DNA of 64,000 nucleotides from Lytechinus pictus (lineage: Eukaryota). Both the position numbers and the translations under genes were made by a program. Below, piece by piece: positions 54,001 to 64,000 of the stretch (positions within the stretch are counted from its first letter, which is position 1; each line of letters starts with the position of its first letter). Under the pieces are notes generated by a model. The model did no database searches and was not told where the DNA came from. It was given only the letters and a program-made list of their open reading frames with translations. The stretch lies in NCBI RefSeq assembly GCF_037042905.1, contig NC_087252.1, forward strand, positions 6,388,001-6,452,000. The letters are read 5' to 3'.

Positions 54001-57000
54001 TTTTTTTAATTCCTAATTTTCTTGATAAATATGTAAGACGAGACGTAAACTATTATCTCAATCCCTCAAATTTGGGTTATGACCCTTTTGGCATGGGGCC
54101 GACCATAGATTGATTGATTTTATTCATCAAGAATATATCCCAGGTAATATGAGATACAATGAATTTAAAGAATACCTTGACAGGATAACCCATGTAAGCC
54201 GAAAGGCTTATTTCCAATGGGGTTATATATTGATAGTATAAAAAAATATATTGTAACAGCAAAAAGTAACAAAAATTGTAACAACTACGACAAGTACTGG
54301 AACATGGTAAAAAAGACATATCCATCAATTAAATAATTTGTAAAAACCTGAAGCATACAATAATCTACCTTATATGAAACTAGATTATATTTTAACATAT
54401 CCTACATAATTTACTGTGTGCCAGAACTCCATGGGGATTCTGTTGCCCTTTATTTTTGTGGTTGAAAAACTAAGCTAATCAATGTCGATGAAAAAATCAC
54501 TTGAGATATAGCCCAGATTTACCGTTCTTTTATTGTGTGTTTTGGTTTATGAATTATGTTTGTGATTCAACCTAATGTTCAGTCACACGAACGAAACTGA
54601 TTCCAAACTGAACGATGGTACGAGATTGGTAGAAAATGTAGCTTTTGTCTGTCTTGAGTCAGTTTCACTTGTTTGGCTGTAAAGTATAGGAAATCGACTG
54701 AACGCATCCCAAGTCATATATGATAATGGACGTGTAAATGATGACGTCGCGAACTGGACACCTTACCTTGCTGTTGGCCCAGGGGAAGAACATCCCAAGC
54801 GAAAACATGCCGAGAAGTGGCCCGCCGAGCATTCCGCCGAAACTAAGCGTCAGCTGTGTCAAACGAATAAAATATTTAACCCATGCACTGTAAACTAGAA
54901 CCGGGTAAACTCTGCACAGAATTGGAATTACATAATTCAGTACTTAACGGGTTAGAGAGAGTGGGAGCTAGCATGTGCTGGCTTACGCAATCGTTTGTCT
55001 CAAGTACTGAAGAGAGATGACTTTCCCCGCAACTTTTGCATTTCAGCGTTGTGGAAACCACTCTCAGTAGAACATTATGGTGAATATCCTTTTAAATCAA
55101 TAAAATGTTTGGATCCAAACAGTTGTGAACCAGCTCAATTTTCACGACCAAATCAACACTAAGGGGAAGTGGGTTTAGCCATCACGATGTAACAATTGAT
55201 CTAAGAATTAGACCATCTGAAAGTGGACCAATTGATTGCAATCCAATCTACGTACCTGCAAAATGCTGCCAAGTTGGGAAGCTACGTATGTTAAAAGAAT
55301 GCAAATCGCACCGTAAGAAAATACTGAAAAAGAACAAAAACAACACCCGCGTATATTGTATCGCCAAAGTCCTCGATTATGCTTAGGAATTGCCAATTTG
55401 TAAGCCCATTTATTGAATGATTTCTTCAGAGCACTTGGAAATAATATTAATATAAAGTGACATATAAATTATAGCTTTTTCCTTCTCTGAATACATTTTG
55501 TCCCATCCATTCCCTATCATCTATAGTCCAGTGGCACAGGTCAGTTTTTACCAAAAACAAAACTTTTCGAGGGCAAGCTATGTACGTTAATAATGGTTGA
55601 CCCCCTCCTCCCAAAAGAGACTTTGTGTGCTCAGAACTTATCTGTGATGTGGAAAAGTCTTTTTCAGAAAATTTTGTAAAATGTAGTAATAAAACTAATG
55701 TTTTAACCAACAAGCGAAATTTCCCCTTTTCACATTTTACCACATACATCAAATATTTTATTTAATAGTATAGAAGGCATAGTATGTTTAAAATTGTTAC
55801 ATTTGCTTTGCCTGCAGAACTACATTTAAATGTGTTACATGTATACCGTCTATAAGAATTATTTAAATGATTTGTTCATATTCTAACAATCACCTTTGGA
55901 GATATTTTGGGGTTACATAAAAAAAATTGAATAATAACCAATGAATCTGTTTTCTTACAGACAATTTTGCTGACGAAAGCGTAGAGGGAATCACTCTTTC
56001 TGACGCGTGGAAACACTTTCGTCACTAGATCTTCAGTAGTAATGGCTGTCAGGGCGTTGAGACCAGATGAAACTGTACTGTGTTGTTTAAAAGTATGAAT
56101 ATAAGGTATCCAACAAAATATCAAATGGTCGATGTGGAATATATTCCTTTCAACTGACTCCCTGATTAGGGATTGAAATGTTCTTTCTATATCACTAATA
56201 AGCTACACTTTCGCCAACTTCGTATCATACATCACTTTCATGCTCTTCTTTATCATATCACAATTACAAATAGCAATGGTGACAACAACGAACCTTGATG
56301 GACACCCGATGTCCATTTTTAACTAAAAATTCTCTGACAACGCAGATCCTGCCGGTCCTGTCTTAAACCATTCAATACAATCTCATCACAACTTTATAAA
56401 CTATTGACTCTTGCATTAATACAGGTCCTCCATTGGCAACATTCACTTTCCCATAAGAATTGAGTATAACAATAAATATCGACTTTATTATATAAATTGA
56501 CATAAGTATCTCATCCCTTCTATGTGATCAGTATTTCGAAGGAGTACATGCAGCGGTATAATCAGAAGAATATATTAAAGAATAATTTCATAATCAGACG
56601 AGCTATTTTACTTCATAGAGGTTATCAACTTAATAACTCGAGATATCCCTCACCTCATGGCAGCACTAAGTATAGAAGCGGTGAATAACCCAGACAGACC
56701 TGGTGTATTCCCGAATAGGTCCACGACTATAAACGGCATAAGCTATACAGATAAGTGATTAAGTGGTTAAGCAAATCATTAGCTATACAGGTAAGTTATT
56801 AAGCGAATCATTATAGAATTGTCACTCCAGGTGGGTGTTTCATAAAGCTGTTCGCAAGTTAAGAGCAACTTTAAGAGCGACTGGTGAACCTTTTTTGCAT
56901 GCTAAATAATCACCAATAAACATTTAATTGTGAATATCATTTACCACAAGAAAGGATCACCAGTCGTTCTTAAAGTCGCTCTTAACTTACGAGCAGCTTT

Positions 57001-60000
57001 ATGAAACGGCCCCCAGTAATATCAATATTATAAACATTGTTGACTCGGGAGTCACGTTGGCTTGTAGAAGAATAATATTAAATAATGTAGGTCTATGTAC
57101 ATATTGTGATCAAGGTAGATAGGATGGCCAGGGCGGTATGCCACATGAATTCCTATAGTCCTTGTAGGGTAGCTTATGATGCATCATTTGTATATCGGTA
57201 TAATGATTCTAGGAGTAACATAGGCCTATATACTATTACCTCGAACTCAAAACAGCTACCATAATAAGGTGCTCGATAATTCAATATCAATTAATTACTG
57301 CCTAACTGGTACCCATTTACAAGTGGGTGGAGTGTGGCAAATATTGATAAAAGCCTTCGAACGCGTTTTATAAAACTGTTCACGATTGGTGATCCTTTCT
57401 TGTACTATGTGATACCCCCTATGTATTTGAGTTATGACATAGGAACATGTTCCAGTCGTGCGGAAAGTCGTTGGTAACTTAACGAACAGCTCTATGAACA
57501 TGATGAAACACCCACCAGGTATAAATACTGTAACTTCTATTGGGCATCACCCACCTGATCTCCGCTCGTTACTTGGCCCGATATGAAAGGATCGCAGGTA
57601 GCGTATCGGGCGTACATGACCAGTCCTGATAGTACGGCGCAAGACAGAACGATGATCATTCCAACCACTGCCAGCCCCAGGGCTCTGCAAAAGTAAAGAA
57701 TGAATTATCACTTTACTTTAGTACCAAAAGTGTTCAAAAGCAGTTGCTTCAAACAAATATCCGATGTAAACTATGAATAGTTATACCAAAAGGAACTTCA
57801 TAATATTTTTGTTAAGAACAAGAGAGTCAAAACTATGCATAATTAAGAGGCACTTTTGAAATACACCTGAGGCAACGACTTATAGTTTATTCTGGAAAGT
57901 TTTGAGCAAACCAATTGCGTAGGATTAAACATAAAGGTCATCAAAATTTCGTCTAGGTTGGGGCACCCTCCGCCTTCCCAGCTAGCGAATGTCAAGGTCT
58001 AAGTACTCTGACATCACCGTCCATAATCACATGGACCTACAAGGTCCATGATAATCACGGGTAAAATTACACGTGCAGTAACAACAAAATATGCCTAATT
58101 GTCATGTGCGATATTATGCTGTCATCAAATTGTGTCGATCGTGATTCTCTGAATTATATTTAAGATAGATATAAGATCTTATTAATGGTTACATCGAGGC
58201 CGTTTTCACTTTTCCACATGCGAGGTATCTCATAACCTGGGCTTGAGATACACCGTACCCGGAGGCCCAGGTGAAACCTCCCCCTATCACGATGCTCCAG
58301 AAGGAATGACGGATCGTCGGGTCTGGATCAAACCTTCAAATCAAATTAGAAAGAAAAAGATAAAAGAATCAAGTAGTTATTGATGGATGCCACTTAGAAG
58401 ATTAATCGGAAGTGCATGATTGACGACTGTTACATCGGTATGTTTTGATGAATCTAAATTATTTTGTTGTCTAATGCCTTGTCAGAACTGACAACTTTCC
58501 TGGGGGCCGTTTTATAAAGCTGTTCGCAAGTTAAGAGCGACTTAAAGAACGACTGGTGAACCTTTCTTACGCGCTTATCCATCGTCAATGAATATACCAT
58601 TTCCCCCCGCATTTTCCACAAGAAAGGATAACCAGTCGTTCTTAAAATCGCTCTTAACTTACGAACAGCTTTATGAAACATTAGCTGAGAAGCACTGTTA
58701 CTATTGGCAAACGGATCAAAACGTCGATTTTGATGGATAAAACGTCTGACAAGTCCTTTCATGAGATGCCCTAAAGACGTGTGCACAAATGCCATATGAC
58801 GACATACATTTTTCAGACTCAAGCTCTTCAGCATTGGTTTTGTTGTACTCCCATCTGATATGTCGAAGGTTTGGAGAAGTGAACCTTTATTAACCCTCAG
58901 TGGTTCAACCGTCCAATTATTTGGCTAATAATAAATTTCCGGCGCCAACGCGGGTGGGGACAATAAATAATGTAGATAATGAGAAGTTATGTCAAAATGA
59001 ACTTACTCCCAGAAATTGATTCGTCCTCCTTTCCTGCAGGTGTCCCAGACACTGTCCATACCACCGCTTTCATTGGAACCCTGAATGATAACAGCTAGGA
59101 GACCACACATCATTACTAATGATTGGAAGACATCCGTCCATATTACAGCGTTCATCCCACCCTATTAGGTAAATGATTATAAAGAATGATGATCAAATTA
59201 ATATTAACAATAATGATGGATAACATATTAATGATCAATTATATTAACAATAACGGTGGAAGCAAATCAAACATTATCACTGGTATCACATTTTCCATGA
59301 TGAGTATCAGCTAGCATGGCTTGGGCCCGTTTCATAAAGAGTTACAACTAATGCAACTTTGCAGTTTTATGAAAACATCGATTGCGATAGCTACTTAGCC
59401 CTGTTACAATTGTACTTGACATTATGGCAAAAGTTACAACTGTTGTACGTCCTTTATGAAACTGGCAGTAGGGTTTCACATTAGTGTAGCTGCAAAATAA
59501 TGTCCGAAGGTTACTGGTCGCTCAGAACCGCTATCCCACCGCTGCCACCAATAAAGAGAACCAAATTCAGGAGAAGTTAAAGAAATAGACGCAATGATTG
59601 ACAGACAAAAGTGTACGACCTGGCCCGGGTACCGTTTATTAAAAAAAATACATAATGTTCATAACAAATGTACTATTAACCAATCATATTAAAGGATTTC
59701 AGTAGCTTAATTGTTACTGAAATATTGCTATTATAAGAATTCGAGAGATAAGATGCCAAATGAGGATTGATCGCTCAACAGCTTGATATAGCATGTATAA
59801 GTTTGGTCCGATGGGCCGGCAACAGTGTATCTACGTTACTGTAAGTGTTAAGTTTTTCGAAATAAAAGACAAGTAAAAGGCGTCGTTTTCCATTAGCTTT
59901 ATTTATTCCGCTCAGTTGGATGGGGATAGGCTAATACAACGTGGAGCTTGCGAAAACTGGTTTGTGAAATTAATTCTCTGTTTGGTTTTTTTTTCACTCT

Positions 60001-61878
60001 AAAAAGTTATGATTAATAGATGCTTGACGCAGTACTTACTATTGTCGTGTAAAATGTACAAACAACTCCGGTTGCCACAACGGTTCCCCATAGACTGACG
60101 CCAGTTACTACAAAAAGAAGCAAAGATTGAATTAGTACCTGATGCACTCAAGATCTACAAAAGAGTGTTTTTTGTTGGTTTACATTGCGATGCTCCAATC
60201 AGTAAAAACATACACTGCTTTTAATTAGATAGTGCTGAGCCCTGTACCATAACGAAAAGCGATTGATCATGATAAATGCAATCAATCCTAGAACTCTCCA
60301 CGTGATCAATCGCAAATCTCTCCAGTATCCCTTTTGCTTTTCTTTCTTCTTTCTCTTACCCCAACTGATCATTCCAATCGTTTGTATATTTTGTACATAT
60401 AAATTGTAGGCCTGTTTTGCATTAGGCCTAATTATTGCTACCTATTGGTTATGTTTGTCTGTGAATATTGCATTATGCTTTGAATCCTTAATAAAGCACA
60501 GAGATACATATTGATAAGAAATAAAGAAGATTTATTTGTAAATATTCCCAGGTAACTAATACATATAGTCCGGGGAAACAATATCATAGTATGCTGCACC
60601 AAGTATGGTTGAGACTGCTCATTCTTGTCATTGTTGCGACGTCTCACTCGCAAAAAAAAATGTTCAGGGACCTTGTTAGCACTTCAATCGTCATACAATT
60701 ATTCTGTAAATATGCATTCATCATTCAGCACAGTCAGTACCATTATTTAAAGTTAACACCCCTACCCTCGAAAATGAGAAGACACTCTAGCTGTGAGAAA
60801 ACGAGTAGCTTGTCAGACTTTTTTCTTTTTTTAGCAAAGGCGAAACTAAATATGGTTAAAAGTTCGTTATAAGAGTTGGTGGATCAATGTTTATAGTATG
60901 TCTATCCGATTATGTTTACTCAATCATGTCATGAAATGAGTAAACGACATTAAATCAAATAAATATGACAATGAGGAAATTTCAAAAGGAGTTCAAGAAT
61001 ATGAGAACGGCCTACAATAAACAGAATGTTCAGAGAATATTGAGGAGGACCTTTCACCCAATTCGACAAAAGGAATTAGAGCAAAAATTGGACATTACAA
61101 TTCGTTATTTTCTGGGGAATGTCAAGTAATTTTCCAATCTCCTCAAGAATAAGAAGCTACCTAGCCGCGATTTTGGGGCCGGGGACTTGCTTTAATGTTA
61201 GGGAGCTTTTACTTCTACAATGCACGACGGATTAAAAAACATAGAAAATGTATTGTAAAATGCCCTACATGACAATAAACAGTAAAGAAGTCTTTGTCGA
61301 AAACTGGTGAATCAAACAGCAGTTTCGTCATGGACTCTGAACAAACGAGATATTTCATCAGCGCCGAAACTCATGATGAAACTGCTGTTTCGGTTTAACA
61401 ATTTTCGACAAAGACCTTCCAGCTGTTCATTGTCATTGGACAGGCATTTTCATTACATTTACTGTCTTCTTGAACTATCCGTGCGTCAGGGAGCGAAAAC
61501 TCTCTGTAACGTTCATCAATCACAGTTCCCTGAAGTATATCAATTGAACCAAATGACTCGATTGAATACTACAAATATTTGAATTTTCGTGAAAGTCCGT
61601 ACCTGTCATATTCGTTTACCAACTTCAATATAAATTCATATTGACCCATATGTCTTAAACCATGGGCCAATGCTTAAACATATTATAATAAATCCACAAG
61701 TCAGAAAAAATCGTGGACTTCTAGTAGGTCCAAGGATTATATCATGTAAATACAATTCATATTCACACCGTTTTTAATCATTCTATTGTTGAATATTTCA
61801 TTTTTAACAATCATAGCAAATTTTTTATTTCTTTTACCCCCCTTCTTCTACGCACCTGGGAGCAGTAGTGGCATAGAA

Positions 61879-61918
<40 letters not shown>

Positions 61919-61983
61919 CAGCAGTAGTAGCAGTAGTAGTAGTAGTAGTAGTAGCAGCAGCAGAAGCAGTAGTAGCAGTAGTA

Positions 61984-62041
<58 letters not shown>

Positions 62042-62131
62042 CAGTAGTAGCAGTAGTAGTAGTAGTAGTAGTAGTAGAAGTAGTAGTAGTAGTAGTAGTA
62101 TAGTAGTAGTAGTAGTAGTAGCAGTAGTAGC

Positions 62132-62166
<35 letters not shown>

Positions 62167-62686
62167 CAGTAGTAGCAGTAGTAGTAGTAGTAGCAGCAGT
62201 AGTAGTAGTAGTAGTAGTAGTAGTATTGTAGTAGTAGTAGTAGTAGTAGTAGTAGTATATTAGTAGTAGTAGTAGTAATAATAGTAGAAGTGGTCAGGGA
62301 CTGCGGAACGTAATAGCAATTTTTGGATTTCTTTTACCCCCCCCCCCCTTCTTCTACGCACCTGGGAGCAGTAGTAGCATAGTAGTAGAAGTAGAAGTAG
62401 TAGTAGTAGTAGTAGTATAGTAGTAGTAGTAGTAGTAGAGCATTTGTAGTAGTTGATAGTAAAGCATCAGTAACAATAGGGCTATATTAGTAGAAGTTGC
62501 AGAAAACACAGAAAGAATTAATTATCATTCAAACATATTGGCCTTGCGATAATATCAATATCATACCAATTATTGACAGAGATAAATTGGTATGGACACA
62601 GCACAATAATACTTCAAGGTTTTCAAATATTTACCTTGATTTAAGGCCAGGGCAGGGGCGTAGATCACCACAGCAATGTAAAATAT
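48041..62686 (-). CDS. Sodium:solute symporter, SLC5A5/6/8/12 (NIS/SMVT/SMCT-like) subfamily, 5'-partial, 14 exons in window
   Basis: Exons: 62635-62686 ([17 protein letters not shown]), 60040-60107, 59007-59161 ([13 protein letters not shown]), 58193-58333 ([13 protein letters not shown]), 57555-57684, 56654-56742, 55959-56077 (STVSSGLNA), 55256-55323, 54767-54853 ([20 protein letters not shown]), 53593-53807, 53076-53182, 52372-52502, 50159-50215, 48041-48139 (stop TAA). 1518 nt in frame with GT-AG junctions. Exact orthology cannot be resolved from the sequence alone. Confidence 0.93.
49243..49828. mobile_element. Kolobok-like MITE, TTAA TSD
   Basis: ttaa|AGGGATGTTCCGGGCTGAAA ... TTTCAGCCCGGAGCACCCGT|ttaa; related to 2196-2753. 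Confidence 0.8.
51019..51282. mobile_element. Harbinger-like MITE, CTG TSD
   Basis: ctg|GGGCCCGTCTTACAAAGAGTT ... AACTCTTTGTAAGACGGGGCC|ctg. Confidence 0.85.
51466..52018. mobile_element. Non-autonomous DNA transposon with 9-bp TSD (MULE-like)
   Basis: GGCTAGCAT at 51457-51465 and 52019-52027. TIR CCGGGG..CACTTACATTGACGAGTGGATACCATGCGCGACCA; internal TACGTGTTTAG repeats. Confidence 0.8.
56831..57013. mobile_element. Harbinger-like MITE, CAG TSD (GTTTCATAAAGCTG family)
   Basis: cag|GTGGGTGTTTCATAAAGCTG ... CAGCTTTATGAAACGGCCCC|cag. Other copies at about 58503-58680, 57350-57517, 23311-23460 and 63378-63427. Confidence 0.85.
61127..61666 (+). repeat. Copy 1 of a near-identical direct repeat of at least 540 bp (contains an imperfect hairpin MITE)
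   Basis: Matches 63459-64000 except for a few substitutions and indels; identical 91-aa ORFs at 61307 and 63640. Confidence 0.95.
61862..62290. repeat. (GTA/GCA)n microsatellite, with a second shorter tract at about 62368-62440
   Basis: Direct reading. Both tracts are preceded by the same cttctacgcacctgggagca flank (about 61843 and 62351), indicating a local duplication. Confidence 0.95.
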
Positions 62687-63458
62687 CTAGGACAGAGAGA
62701 GGATAGAAATGTTGGGAGTATGGGTGCGTGTGTGTGAGGGTGTGAGGGTGTGTGTGTAGGGGTGGGGGTGGGGAAGGTCTATGATTGTGTCACATGCATG
62801 GGTAGGTCCTTCAGGTCTTAATGGTTAAGCCTAAACTAGCGCGAGAATATTAAAAAGATAAGCAATTTGAATAGGATGAAATAATGATAATAATAATGAT
62901 AATAATGATGATGATAATAATAATAATAATTGATAGTAATAATGATGATAATATAGTGTAGTAATATTGCGCACATATCGACCTTGTTAAGTTGAATTGA
63001 ATTATAATTTTTTTTTTAAATGAAAAAACAATTGAGTAAACTTGAACATCAAAACTGGATTGATTGAAATGAATTGGAATGAAAGGGAAAATTTGAATGA
63101 ACTTAAATGGAAAATCAATTTGCTTATCATTAGGTTGAATTGAATTATATAGAATAAAAAAATGAAATGAAAAACAATTGAGAAAAATTGAATGAAGGTG
63201 GAAAAATGAAATAGATTGAAATGAAATGAAAAGGAATGCAATGGAATAGAACTGAATGAAGTTGAATGAAATACAATAAAACAAAGTTGATTGATATGAT
63301 TTCAATGGAAAGGAAATTAATTTAAATGGAATCAAAACATATATGGAATAAGATAGGATTCGATGATGTTATAAAATCGTTCTTAAACTCGCTCTTAAAT
63401 TACGAACAGCTTTATGAAATACCCACCTGGATTTTGATTAGCTGAGAAGCACTGTTAC

Positions 63459-64000
63459 TAATTTTCCAATCTCCTCAAGAATAAGAAGCTACCTAGCCGC
63501 GATTTTGGGGCCGGGGTACTTGCTTTAACGTTAGGGAGCTTTTACTTCTACAATGCACGACGGATTAAAAAACATAGAAAATGTATTGTAAAATGCCCTA
63601 CATGACAATAAACAGTAAAGAAGTCTTTGTCGAAAACTGGTGAATCAAACAGCAGTTTCGTCATGGACTCTGAACAAACGAGATATTTCATCAGCGCCGA
63701 AACTCATGATGAAACTGCTGTTTCGGTTTAACAATTTTCGACAAAGACCTTCCAGCTGTTCATTGTCATTGGACAGGCATTTTCATTACATTTACTGTCT
63801 TCTTGAACTATCCGTGCGTCAGGGAGCGAAAACTCTCTGTAACGTTCATCAATCACAGTTCCCTGAAGTATATCAATTGAACCAAATGACTCGATTGAAT
63901 ACTACAAATATTTGAATTTTCGTGAAAGTCCGTACCTGTCATATTCGTTTACCAACTTCAATATAAATTCATATTGACCTCATATGTCTTAAACCATGGG
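63459..64000 (+). repeat. Copy 2 of the direct repeat, runs off the window end
   Basis: Matches 61127-61666. Confidence 0.95.

Noticed and set aside
61320..61385. CTGATGA...GAAA on the minus strand resembling a hammerhead
   Set aside because: No stem II pairing between the boxes; GAAA belongs to the MITE inverted repeat.
61307..61582. Identical 91-aa ORFs at 61307 and 63640
   Set aside because: Identity comes from the DNA duplication. The ORF lies in an imperfect hairpin MITE and shows no recognisable protein features.

Overview
Intron-rich, AT-rich animal genomic DNA. The repeat families look like those of a marine invertebrate, probably an echinoderm such as a sea urchin; this is inference only. 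Three spliced genes were reconstructed by hand from GT-AG boundaries with consistent reading phase. (1) The 3' part of a TBCEL (tubulin cofactor E-like) gene on +, 614-4313. (2) A complete Na+/K+-ATPase alpha subunit gene on -, 12838-40334, 20 coding exons and about 1035 aa, with an extra candidate first exon and an alternative N-terminal exon. (3) A 5'-truncated SLC5A5/6/8/12-type sodium:solute symporter on -, 48041-62686, 14 exons visible. Introns and spacers are packed with non-autonomous DNA transposons (TTAA-TSD Kolobok-like, CWG/TAA-TSD Harbinger-like, hAT-, Tc1/pogo-, CACTA- and MULE-like) and microsatellites. Most notable: the Na-pump stop codon is a leaky-type UGA-C followed by 156 open in-frame codons (candidate stop-codon readthrough); a 535-bp near-perfect foldback in a pump intron has a hammerhead-ribozyme core at its apex (Penelope-like); the pump carries Q111E, I315V and T797V at cardiotonic-steroid binding sites; and its N-terminus appears to be built from alternative exons.
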